This document shows positions 19,058-28,680 of a stretch of DNA of 59,610 nucleotides, one piece after another. How positions within the stretch are numbered: the first letter of the stretch is position 1; every line of letters begins with the position of its first letter. Position numbers and translations under genes: made by a program. Source of the stretch: an uncultured Acidobacteriota bacterium (GTDB lineage Bacteria > Acidobacteriota > UBA6911). The notes under the pieces are model-generated. The model was not told the origin of the DNA. It was given only the letters and a program-made list of their open reading frames with translations, and did not search any database. The stretch is taken from positions 1 through 59,610 of the forward strand of contig CAWHCF010000003.1 of NCBI GenBank assembly GCA_963827655.1. The letters are read 5' to 3'.

Positions 19058-21827
19058 ATGAGAACCCTCATGCGCATCTCCCTGCTTTCCGTGTCTACAG
19101 CCGCCGTCGTCGCCTTCACGCCCGCGTCGCAAGCGATTGCCCAGGACGCCGCTCGCGGGCGCCCCAACATCGTGATCGTCAACGCCGACGACCTGGGCAT
19201 CAACGACCTGGGCTGCTATGGCCGCAAGGATCACCGTACGCCGCACCTCGATAAGCTGGCAGCGTCGGGCATTCGGTTCACCTCCGCTTACTGCGCCCAG
19301 CCGATTTGCTCGCCGTCGCGGGCGGCGTTGATGACGGGCAGAACACCGGCTCGGCTGCATCTCACGACTTATCTTCCCGGCAGGCCGGACGCCGCTTCGC
19401 AGAAACTGCTGCATCCGAAGATACGCCAGCAACTGTTGCTGGAGGAAACCACGCTGGCCGAGGCGCTCAAGCAGGCCGGCTATGCCACGGCCTCCATCGG
19501 AAAGTGGCATCTGGGCGGCGCCGGGTTTGAGCCGCAGCAGCAGGGCTTTGACTTCGTTTTTGCCGGGCGCGCCAACACGACCCCGTCTGCGACCGAGGGG
19601 GGCAAGGGCGAGTACGACCTGACTGCAGCCGCGGAGAAGTTCGTCACCGAGAATCGCGACCGGCCGTTTTTTTTGTACCTGGCGCACAACAATCCGCATA
19701 TTCCATTGGCGGCCAAGCCGGAACTGGTCGAAAGCAACAAAGGGGCATTCAATCCGCTCTACGCCGCGGTGATCGAGACCCTGGACGACTCGGTCGGCCG
19801 GCTGCTCGGCAAGATTGACGAGCTGGGGTTGCGCGAAAAGACCATTTTCATTTTCACGTCCGACAACGGCGGCCTGCACGTTCCTGAGCTGCGCGACGAC
19901 CCGCCCACGCACAACACGCCGTTCCGCGCCGGCAAGGGCTTCCTCTACGAGGGCGGGCTGCGAATCCCGCTGATCGCGCGCTGGCCCGGCCGGATCAAGG
20001 CGGGCGCGGTAACCGCATCGCCCGTGATCAATACCGACCTTATGCCGACGCTGCTCGACCTGGCCGGGGTCGGGCTCCCGGCGAATCTCGACGGCCGCAG
20101 CTATGCCCGACTCCTCACCGGATCGGGTGAGCCGGCGCAGCGAACGTTTCTCTGGCATTTCCCGCATTACAACAACCAGGGCGGACGGCCGTCCGGCGCC
20201 GTCCGTGAGGGCAACTGGAAGCTGCTCGAGTTCTACGATGACGGCAAGGTCGAGCTCTACAACCTTGCGCAGGACGTCGGCGAGCAGCAGGATCTCGCCG
20301 CTCGCGAACCGAAGCGGGCCGCCGCAATGCGGGAGCGTCTGACCGCGTGGCGCAAGCAGATCGGGGCTCAGGAGAATACGCCCAACTCGAGCTTTGACCC
20401 CGGGCAATACAAACAGATCTACCAGGACATCGACATCTCGCGGCTCAAGCCCGCCGGAAACGCCGCCGAAACCGGGAAGGCCGCCGTTGCCTGGCGCAAG
20501 GCGATGGACGCTGCGGTCGCCAGGACGCCCAAGCCCAATGTTCTGCTCATCGTCGCCGACGACCTCGGCTACACCGATATCGGCGTTCAGGGTGGCAAGG
20601 ATGTGCCGACGCCCAACCTCGACGCGCTCGCCGCGTCCGGCGTACGCTGCACGAACGGCTACGTCTCGGGCGTCTACTGCAGCCCGACGCGCGCCGCCTT
20701 GATCACGGGCCGCTATCAGCAGCGGTTCGGCCACGAGTTCAATCCCCACAAGGGCGATCCGTCGATCCTGGGACTGCCTCTTTCGGAGACCACCTTTGCC
20801 GAGCGTCTCCGCGCCGCCGGCTACAAGACCGGCCTTGTCGGCAAGTGGCACCTGGGATCGCTGGAGAAGTTCCATCCCTTCAACCGCGGCTTCGACGAGT
20901 TCTTCGGCTTCCTCGGCGGGGCGCATAACTTTCTCGACTCGGCCAAGACCCCGACGGTACAGGGGCCGATTTCTGGCCCGTTGACCCGTGCGCGCGAGGC
21001 CGTGAAGTTCGAAGGCTATCTCACCGACGTTTTCGCGCGTGAGGCGGCTGCGTTCGTGGAACGGCACAAGGCCGAACCATTCTTTCTGTTTTTGTCATTC
21101 AACGCCGTCCACACGCCGCTGCAGGCGCCCGACCATTACCTCAAACGTGTCGAACATATCTCGGACCCTCGGCGCCGAACGTATTGCGCTATGCTCTCGG
21201 CCATGGACGACGCGATCGGGCAAGTGCTCGCCAAGCTGCGCGACCTCAAGATCGAGGAGAGAACCCTGATCTTTTTCATCAGCGACAACGGCGGGCCGAC
21301 CAACAAGTATGCGATCAACGGCTCGCGCAACCATCCCCTGCGCGGCAGCAAGGGGGATACCTGGGAGGGGGGCGTCCGCGTGCCGTTCTTCGTATCCTGG
21401 AAAGGCCGGCTTCCCGCGGGCAAGCAGTACAACCGGCCGGTGATCCAGCTCGACGTGGCAGCCACGGCGCTTGCGGCCGCCGGGGTCGAGACCAGGTCCG
21501 AGTGGAAGCTCGACGGGGTGGATCTTCTGCCCTACCTCGACGGCCGCAACAGCGAAGTCGCCGCACCCGGCCCTGTTCTGGCGCTTCGGCGACACGTGGG
21601 CCGTACGGATGGGCGACTGGAAGATCGTCAAGACCTGGGATAACCAGGAGCCGCAGTTGTTCAACATCGCCGAAGATATCAGCGAGACCGTCGACCGCAA
21701 GGGGCGCGAGCCGCAGCGCTTTGATGCGCTCGCGGAAGCGTGGAAGAAGTGGAACGCGGAGCTGGCCGCGCCGCTGTGGCCGCTGCCGGAGCCGGTGAAA
21801 GTGGAAGAAACGCTTCCGAAGAAATAG
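19058..21827 (+). CDS. Tandem two-domain S1 formylglycine sulfatase (+1 frameshift ~21555)
   Basis: Two full motif sets: PNIVIVNADDLG/CSPSRAALMTG/GKWHLG/SDNGG and PNVLLIVADDLG/CSPTRAALITG/GKWHLG/SDNGG. The C-terminus continues in ORF 21471-21827. Confidence 0.9.
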
Positions 21828-21850
21828 CTATCAGCTGTCAGCTGTCAGCT
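21827..21850 (+). repeat. Heptamer (GCTRTCA)x3 tandem repeat
   Basis: GCTATCA GCTGTCA GCTGTCA GCT, immediately after the sulfatase stop. Confidence 0.8.
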
Positions 21851-21987
21851 TCTGGACGAAGAAACCTTGGTTACGGTGCAGGCCGGTCCTTACGCTTGGA
21901 CATTTGGGTGTCTTTAATTGAGCGTTCCAAGGATCACTTTCGGCGCCTGATGGTTGTGAGACCCGGAATTCTCGAACAACCGTAACA

Positions 21988-22059
21988 GCCGACCACGAGT
22001 ACGTGCACGATCACGTCAACGTCTACGTTGACGTGCACGTGAGCGTGGACGTGATCGGC
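21988..22059. repeat. 72-bp imperfect palindrome built of NNCACG/CGTGNN hexamers
   Basis: GCCGACCACGAGTACGTGCACGATCACGTCAACGT-CT-ACGTTGACGTGCACGTGAGCGTGGACGTGATCGGC. Confidence 0.85.
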
Positions 22060-22145
22060 CTTTTTGCACTGCCCGGGGTTAGGTAGGTTGCTGGCCACAG
22101 GCCGCGTCAGGTCTTCGTGGTGATTTTTTTGTTTGATGAGAGACC

Positions 22146-23477
22146 ATGGAACTACCCAAAAAGACCAGGTACTTGATCATCGGCGCCGGTGTGCATGGCT
22201 TGAGCACTGCGTGGCATCTGGCGAAAGAACTCAAGGTCCGTCGCAAGGGGTCGGGTAAAGACATCCTGATCGTCGACAAGACAGGCATTGCAGCCGGCGC
22301 CTCCGGTATCGCTTGCGGCGTAATCCGCAATTTCTACTTCCAGCCGGCCATGGGCGCGATAATGCGGGGCAGCGTTGATATCTGGCATTCCGACCCGGAG
22401 GCCTTCCACTTTACCAACTGCGGCTACATTGCCGTCGTGCCGGAACGTCAGGATGCCGACGTTGAGTCGATTTACTCGCGCCAGCAGGGTGAAGGCTACG
22501 ACTCGACGCTGGTTCAAGGCGAGCAGCGAGTGTTTGACTATATGCGCAAACTGTTTCCCGACTGGCGCGCGCGCGGCCTGACCTCGCTGCTGCATGAGCA
22601 CGAGAGCGGCTTCGCCTTCAACAAACCCGCCATGCAGGGCATCGCCGCCAAAGCCGAAAGCGAAGGCGTGCGCATTCTCAGCGGTGTTAAAGTTACCGGC
22701 TTTGAATTCGATTCGTCCGGCGTCGTGCGGTCGGTCGCGACCGACCACGGGAACATTGATGTGGAGCAGGTTGTTATCGGCGCCGGACCCTGGACCGGCC
22801 GGATTTGGGCCCAGCTGGGCTTGCCGGACAAGATCGACGTGCGCGGTCCCGACGGGACACTGCACAAGAACCGCGATATGTGGACCTACTGGAGGCTGCA
22901 AGAGGGTGAAATCCGGATTGATCCCAGGAGATACGTTACCGCCGATGGAAAAGTCCCTCCCGTCTTCCACTTTGATTCGCGGGAACCGCTGGTTTCGCTC
23001 AAGAGCGGCCGGGTGATAAGCGATGGGTTGTGGGGAATCTACTGGAAGCAGGACAGTCAGGGCGTGCAGGGTGGCGCCGAGCCTGAGAACCTCGGCCCTG
23101 AGGCGCAGATAGATCCGTACGGGCCCGAGAGTCCGATGTACACCGTGAAAGACGATTTCGTTGACCAGTGGACCTCGGGGCTGGCGCACGCGCTGGAGCG
23201 ATTCGAGGACTGCCACCGGCACTACCACCATGCTCCATCGGGTGGTATCGGCTGCTTCACGGCCGACAGTTTTCCCGTCTTCGATTTTGCGCCCGGCATT
23301 CCGAATGTCTACATCATCGCGGATAGCAACCACGGCTTCAAAATGATCGGCGTGGGCAAAGAAGCGGCGCGGGTTTTGCTGGGTGAAAAAAGCGCGGCGC
23401 TGCACCCATTCCGATATTCACGCTTTGCCGAGGGCGATCTGCATCCCGTCTCGAACAGTCCTTATCCCTGGGGATGA
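22146..23477 (+). CDS. FAD-dependent oxidoreductase, DAO/sarcosine oxidase-like
   Basis: IIGAGVHG Rossmann motif, GASGIACG, TADSFPV, NHGFK. Confidence 0.85.
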   Translation: MELPKKTRYLIIGAGVHGLSTAWHLAKELKVRRKGSGKDILIVDKTGIAAGASGIACGVIRNFYFQPAMGAIMRGSVDIWHSDPEAFHFTNCGYIAVVPERQDADVESIYSRQQGEGYDSTLVQGEQRVFDYMRKLFPDWRARGLTSLLHEHESGFAFNKPAMQGIAAKAESEGVRILSGVKVTGFEFDSSGVVRSVATDHGNIDVEQVVIGAGPWTGRIWAQLGLPDKIDVRGPDGTLHKNRDMWTYWRLQEGEIRIDPRRYVTADGKVPPVFHFDSREPLVSLKSGRVISDGLWGIYWKQDSQGVQGGAEPENLGPEAQIDPYGPESPMYTVKDDFVDQWTSGLAHALERFEDCHRHYHHAPSGGIGCFTADSFPVFDFAPGIPNVYIIADSNHGFKMIGVGKEAARVLLGEKSAALHPFRYSRFAEGDLHPVSNSPYPWG

Positions 23478-23484
23478 GAAACTC

Positions 23485-24555
23485 ATGACCGATCAGAAAA
23501 CCAAACCGGGCTTGCTGGAGCGGTTGAATAAGGGCGCCGTCATCTGCGCGGAAGGTTACCTGTTCGAGCTCGAGCGGCGCGGGTACGTGCAGGCCGGCGC
23601 CTTTGTTCCGGAGGCCGTCCTGGATCATCCCGAGGCGGTCGTCGCTCTGCACCGCGATTTTCTGCGAGCAGGTTCTGATGTCATCGAGGCGTTCACGTAT
23701 TATGGACATCGCGAGAAGCTGCGGTTGATCGGCAAGGAAGACAAGCTGGAGTCTCTGCAGCGAGACGCGCTGGCACTCGCCAAAAATGTTGCGGCCGAAG
23801 CCGCCGCAGCCGGCAGCGAGCCGCCGCTCGTGGCCGGCAACATCTGCAACACCAATGTCTGGGATCCTTCCGATCGTGCCTCAGACCTCGAGGTCCGCGG
23901 CATGTTTGAAGAGCAGGTAGCCTGGGCCGTCGAAGCCGGAGTTGACTTTATCATCGGTGAGACTTTCAATTTCTACGGGGAATCCAGACTGGCTCTGGAG
24001 GCGATCAAGGCGGCCAAGCTTCCGGCCGTCATTACCCTGACCCTTCATCAGCCCGATACGTTCCGCGATGGTGTTGGTCTTGAAGAGGCCGCGCGACGAC
24101 TGGAGCAGGCGGGCGCCGACGTCGTGGGCCTCAACTGCGCCCGGGGCCCCGCGACCCTGTTGCCCTGCGTGGAGCGGATGCGCCGGGCCGTGTCGTGCCA
24201 TGTGGCGGCGCTGCCGGTGCCTTACAGGACCACGCCGGAGCAGCCCACGTTTCAGTCGTTGCGGGACCCGGCCTGCGACTACATCCCGGGAGGCCGTCCC
24301 TTCCCGACCGCTCTCGATCCGTTCACATGCAACCGGTACGAGATGGAAGCCTTTGCCCGGCAGGCCTATGAAATGGGCGTCCGCTATCTAGGTGGATGCT
24401 GCGGCAGCGGCCCCCATCATATCCGTGCCCTGGCCGAAGCCCTGGGCCGCCGGCCACCCGCCAGCCGCTATTCGCCCGACCTGTCCAAGCACTACGCCCT
24501 GGGTAGCCATCCGAGCCTGAAGAAACTGAACCAGGAATTTGTGGATAAGCTGTAA
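23485..24555 (+). CDS. Homocysteine S-methyltransferase family, betaine-homocysteine methyltransferase-like
   Basis: AEGYLFELERRGY, FLRAGSDV, Zn ligands GLNC and GGCC; start MTDQK at 23485. Confidence 0.85.
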   Translation: MTDQKTKPGLLERLNKGAVICAEGYLFELERRGYVQAGAFVPEAVLDHPEAVVALHRDFLRAGSDVIEAFTYYGHREKLRLIGKEDKLESLQRDALALAKNVAAEAAAAGSEPPLVAGNICNTNVWDPSDRASDLEVRGMFEEQVAWAVEAGVDFIIGETFNFYGESRLALEAIKAAKLPAVITLTLHQPDTFRDGVGLEEAARRLEQAGADVVGLNCARGPATLLPCVERMRRAVSCHVAALPVPYRTTPEQPTFQSLRDPACDYIPGGRPFPTALDPFTCNRYEMEAFARQAYEMGVRYLGGCCGSGPHHIRALAEALGRRPPASRYSPDLSKHYALGSHPSLKKLNQEFVDKL

Positions 24556-24648
24556 GGTGTCAAGTCCCGAAAATCCAGCTCATAGCCGACGCGATATCTA
24601 CGAGGTATACAATTCTTACCACACCATTAAATTAAGGACGGCACCCTT

Positions 24649-24897
24649 ATGACTCGTTTAACCGTATCTGAGCTCAGGGAAGACCTGACAACCGCACTCA
24701 ACAAGGTGGCCTTCGGCGGTGAGAGGATTATCCTCAGGCGGAACAACAAAGACGTCGCCGCCCTCGTGTCCATGGAGAATTTAGCCCTTCTGCGTGAACT
24801 GGAAGACAAAGAGGACGCGGCCGATATGGAAAGAGCCATGAAAGAGCCCGGGCCCAATATCCCATGGGAAGAGGTCAAGAAGGAGCTTGGGAGTTAG
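24649..24897 (+). CDS. Phd/YefM family antitoxin
   Basis: LTVSELREDL..LNKV..GERIIL..VAALVS..LEDKED..WEEVKKELG. Confidence 0.85.
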   Translation: MTRLTVSELREDLTTALNKVAFGGERIILRRNNKDVAALVSMENLALLRELEDKEDAADMERAMKEPGPNIPWEEVKKELGS

Positions 24898-24984
24898 GTG
24901 GCCTACGCCATCGAATTCCGGCACCAGGTTTTGCTGGTCGTCATCGTGAAGGTGAGACACCGCCGGGAATCCTACCGCCGATGA
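24898..24984 (+). pseudogene. Internally deleted RelE toxin (28 codons)
   Basis: GTG directly after the antitoxin stop; MAYAIEFR|HQVLLVVIVKVRHRRESYRR is a RelE N-terminus joined to a RelE C-terminus. Confidence 0.75.
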
Positions 24985-25013
24985 GGAAAAACACCGTAAC
25001 CGAAGTGCTTTTA

Positions 25014-25101
25014 GTGTTTCTTAGTGTTCTTCGTGTCTTCGTGGTTAGAGCTGTCTGACAAAAAATACCACGAAGTCTCAAAGACACGAAGAAACACCAA
25101 G
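25014..25101. repeat. Octamer repeat element, inverted arm pair
   Basis: GTGTTTCTTAGTGTTCTTCGTGTCTTCGTGGTT ... ACCACGAAGTCTCAAAGACACGAAGAAACAC. Confidence 0.88.
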
Positions 25102-25136
25102 ACTTACTCTTGTGAGTGAACTGAAAGGAGTCTTCC

Positions 25137-27209
25137 TTGTCTTCCAACAGATTTGCACCGTGCCTCGAGAGACGGCTGCTGACTGCCGGCGTCATTTTTC
25201 TTCTGGCGCTCTCTCCCTGCAGCGCCGCCGACCTTTTTCGGGATGACTTTTCCGGCTTCCCTCCGGGTTGGCTGTCGAATCCCGTGGGGATGCTGAACGC
25301 TGCAATCCAGGAATATCACTACCTGCCGCATCGCGGCGTGCCCCTGGGCTCCTGGTCCAATGCAATCTGTCATCTCGATGCCTGGGTAGTAGGGGATGAG
25401 GAGGGCAAGCCCTACCTGGAACAGCATTCGATTAACAGTCTGCGCGAGATCATGAATCCGATCTTCCTCACCGGGGATTCAGAGTGGAGCGATTACTCGG
25501 TCGAGGCCAGAGTAAAGCCACTTCTGCTGGAGGAGATGGCCGGGCTGGTCTTCCGGTATCACACGAATCGGCATTACTACCTGTTCGCCTTGACCGGGGG
25601 CAAGAGGGCGCGCCTGGTGCTTCGGTTACCTCTGGAAAAATCCTTTCGTGTGGCTGAATGGCGTGAGCTGGCCTCGGTCGAATTCCCGTATGACACCAGG
25701 AATTACTATCTTCTCAGAGTAGAAAATGAAGGTCCTCAGATCCGCGCCTTTATTGATGGCAAAAAGGTTCTGGAAGCGAGCGATCCTGAGATCCTCAAGG
25801 GCAAAGCGGGACTCACGGCGAACATTCCGGCGCGCTTCCAGGAATTCCGGGTCAGCGTTTCCGACTCGAGCAAGCAGCAGATCGAAGACCGCATCCGCAA
25901 GCGCGACGCCGAACTCGTAAGGCTGCGCGAGGAGAATCCCAAACCGAAACTATGGAAGAAATTCAACACGCCCAAGTTTGGCGCCGGACGAAACGTCCGC
26001 TTTGGGGATCTCGATGGCGACGGCCAGCTCGATATGCTCATCGCCCAGAACATCCCTCGCGTGCGAGGTGACGCGTTTGACCACATCAGTTGTCTCACCG
26101 CGATTAACTTTGAGGGAAAGATTCTCTGGCAATCAGGCCGGCCCGATCCCCGGAACGGGCTTCTGACGAATGATACGCCGTTTCAGATTCAGGATATGGA
26201 CGGAGACGGAAGAAACGAAGTCGTGCTGGTTCGCGATTTCAAGCTGCAGGTCCTGGAGGGCAAGACGGGAAAGGTCCTCCGCTCGGCCTGGATGCCGCAG
26301 GCCCCTTCGGCGAACAAAGAGCGCCCTTACGAATTGAACAACGGAGACTCGCTGGCGCTTTTCAATCTCTCCGGGAACAAGGGGCGTCAGGACGTCCTGG
26401 TCAAGGACCGGTACCAGAATTTCTGGCTCTTCAATCGAGAGCTGAAACCGCTCTGGCAGGGTCAGGGCCAGACCGGACACTTCCCCTTCCCCTTCGATGT
26501 GGATGGGGACGGCCGGGACGAGATCCTGATCGGCTACTCGATGTGGGACCACACAGGCAGGCGGCTATGGACCAAAGACGACGAACTCAAGGACCATGCG
26601 GACGGCATCGCGATGGGCAACTTCAGCGCTGATCCCAAAGCCGAACCGAAGGTGTATGCCAGCGGCAGCGATGAGGGTTTCATCCTGTTCGACAAGAAAG
26701 GCAATATCCTGAAGCACGCGCGCATCGGCCACGCGCAAGCGCCCAGCATCGGCAAGTATCGTCCGGATTTGCCGGGGCTTCAGTATATGACGATCAATTT
26801 CTGGAGGAATCCGGGGATCGTGTCGTTATTCGATCACGATGGAAACCTGTTGATCCAGGAGGAACCGATTCACACGGCCAGCCCGTTGCTGCCGGTGAAC
26901 TGGCGCGGAGACGGTCAGGAGTTCGCGATGCTCTCCGGGAATGTCAGGGAAGGAGGAATGATCGACGGTCAGCTGAGGCGAGTGGTCATGTTTCCGGACG
27001 ACGGTCATCCGGATCTGGCGTTCTATGTGACCGACGTCACCGGCGATGCGCGCGACGAAATCATCCTGTGGGATCAGGAGCGGGTCTGGATTTACACCCA
27101 GGATCGGCCTTTCGCCGGGAAAAAAATCTATGCGCCGATTCGCAATCCCCTTTACAACGAGTCGAACTATCTCACCACTGTTTCCCTGCCTCGCTGGCGG
27201 GAGCAGTGA
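25137..27209 (+). CDS. Secreted PL11 rhamnogalacturonan-lyase-like FG-GAP propeller with N-terminal beta-sandwich (DUF1080-like)
   Basis: DxDGDG Ca-blades (GDLDGDG, DMDGDGRNE, DVDGDGRDE, DVTGDARDE), HAD and GHAQ motifs, C-terminal NPLYNESNY; N-terminal WSDYSVEARV. Confidence 0.65.
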   Translation: MSSNRFAPCLERRLLTAGVIFLLALSPCSAADLFRDDFSGFPPGWLSNPVGMLNAAIQEYHYLPHRGVPLGSWSNAICHLDAWVVGDEEGKPYLEQHSINSLREIMNPIFLTGDSEWSDYSVEARVKPLLLEEMAGLVFRYHTNRHYYLFALTGGKRARLVLRLPLEKSFRVAEWRELASVEFPYDTRNYYLLRVENEGPQIRAFIDGKKVLEASDPEILKGKAGLTANIPARFQEFRVSVSDSSKQQIEDRIRKRDAELVRLREENPKPKLWKKFNTPKFGAGRNVRFGDLDGDGQLDMLIAQNIPRVRGDAFDHISCLTAINFEGKILWQSGRPDPRNGLLTNDTPFQIQDMDGDGRNEVVLVRDFKLQVLEGKTGKVLRSAWMPQAPSANKERPYELNNGDSLALFNLSGNKGRQDVLVKDRYQNFWLFNRELKPLWQGQGQTGHFPFPFDVDGDGRDEILIGYSMWDHTGRRLWTKDDELKDHADGIAMGNFSADPKAEPKVYASGSDEGFILFDKKGNILKHARIGHAQAPSIGKYRPDLPGLQYMTINFWRNPGIVSLFDHDGNLLIQEEPIHTASPLLPVNWRGDGQEFAMLSGNVREGGMIDGQLRRVVMFPDDGHPDLAFYVTDVTGDARDEIILWDQERVWIYTQDRPFAGKKIYAPIRNPLYNESNYLTTVSLPRWREQ

Positions 27210-27464
27210 GAGCGGCGCTCATAGGCCGACGGCACGGTAGCCTTACATGCGACTGAACAGGCAATGCACTGGCCCGACCGAGACGCCAAAGAACAGCGCC
27301 GCGCTCAATCGCTCGCCGATTTCTCGAGCGCCGTTCGAGTCGAAGGAGAGCTGCCTGATTCCACGAGAAATGCAGTGAAGGATTACAGGAAGTGCAGCGG
27401 TTGGAGTTGAAGGAAGGCAGGATCGAGGGAGACTGAAGCCGCAGCTCCCCGCGTTGGCTAGCTC

Positions 27465-27620
27465 AGGGCTCGCGCAGAAATAACTTCACATTCTGGCGCG
27501 AGAGTCGGTGGGCAGTTTTGAACCGTGTTTCTGTTAGCTGCGCAGTCTGGCACCCTCAGGATCGCGCCGCTTCGGGCTGCGGCCCGCAGCAGAATGTGAA
27601 CCTATTTCTGGGCGGAACCT
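27465..27620. mobile_element. MITE copy 1 (internally deleted, ~156 bp)
   Basis: Imperfect ~30-bp TIRs GGGCTCGCGCAGAAATAACTTCACATTCTG / CAGAATGTGAACCTATTTCTGGGCGGAACC; the body matches the reverse complement of 32525-32754. Confidence 0.8.
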
Positions 27621-27803
27621 CTAGCTCATCGATTCAGAGATCGTTAATCGGCGGGAGTATTTGAGGCAGGTAAATTCGCAGGAGAGTTTGCGGGCCCAGT
27701 CTTTCTGACTGGAATCGGTGCTTTCAGCCGAGAGCTTTGGCGCTCCACGCTGATGGCGGTGGTCAGCGGTCAGGACTCGCGTCGTTTCAGCAGGCCCAGC
27801 CGG

Positions 27804-28602
27804 TTAATCTGGTTTCTTGAGACCATCGACAATCAAATTCCTTTTGTCGGATGATGTAATCCCGCCTGAATACCATTTCGCGATCGAGGCAACCTGCGTA
27901 GCTTTCCTGGACTTCTGCCGGATCGATACGAAAGTAACGGCCCGATCGGTCACAATATTCCAGGGGAATAGGCTCAAATCCGGCGAGATTCAAAACTTCT
28001 TTCAGCGAGTAGACAGAATATCTGGTTCTGACTTTCGCGTGATGAGTGTAGGGTAATTTCGTACTGGGAAAGCCAATCATTTCGGGGGGCTCATAGGTTC
28101 TCAGATCCGCATCGGAAACACAGGTCCTGATGACTCCGTAGGGTTTAAGCACCCTGTAGCACTCGCGCAACAGTGACATCGCCTCGTCGAGGAACAGGTG
28201 GACGAGAAAGTGCTCGGAAAAGATAAAATCGAGAGAGTCGTCGCTATACGGCAGAGGATCCCCTTTGCGGTAGTTCCAAACCTGAAAATTAGTCTGCGCG
28301 TACAACCTCTCCACGTCGTAGCCGTTGCTGCGAGCACTCGAGACCAGTGTTCGACACCGCTCCAGGGTCCTCCTCAAAACGAAGCCCATACCGTATTGAC
28401 GCGCCATTCGCTGGAGGGAGCCAAAAGAGTGCCGTGCAGATTCTGGATCGCCGAAATGCATCCACGTCTTGTCGAGAAATACTCTTAGAACTGCGGGCGG
28501 GAAGTTCTCGAGGCGAGACGCGCCAAGTTGTAACCGCTTGACGGTCGTCAGTCGTTGCTGCTTCAGCTCCCGCTCTTCGGTTGACACGTTCTTCAAGCTC
28601 AC
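27804..28602 (-). CDS. Class I SAM-dependent methyltransferase-like protein (probable +1 frameshift ~27841)
   Basis: LPYSDDSLDFIFSEHFLVHL..ECYRVLKP.G; repaired end NLIVDGLKKPD*. Confidence 0.75.
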
Positions 28603-28680
28603 TGTCTTCCAGGCCAGAAACTGCTTGCGATTGGCCGGGTAACATCGAATCCTGGTTCTCTAGCGCGAGGTTCGGTTCAT

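Noticed and set aside
19052-21067. 671-aa minus-strand ORF and similar long antisense ORFs (e.g. 22152-23405)
   Set aside because: High-GC shadows of well-supported plus-strand genes, with no recognisable motifs.
8297-25101. Octamer repeats as a CRISPR array or integron attC sites
   Set aside because: They are degenerate and kilobases apart, with no regular unique spacers, no cas genes or integrase, and no consistent RYYYAAC/GTTRRRY ends.
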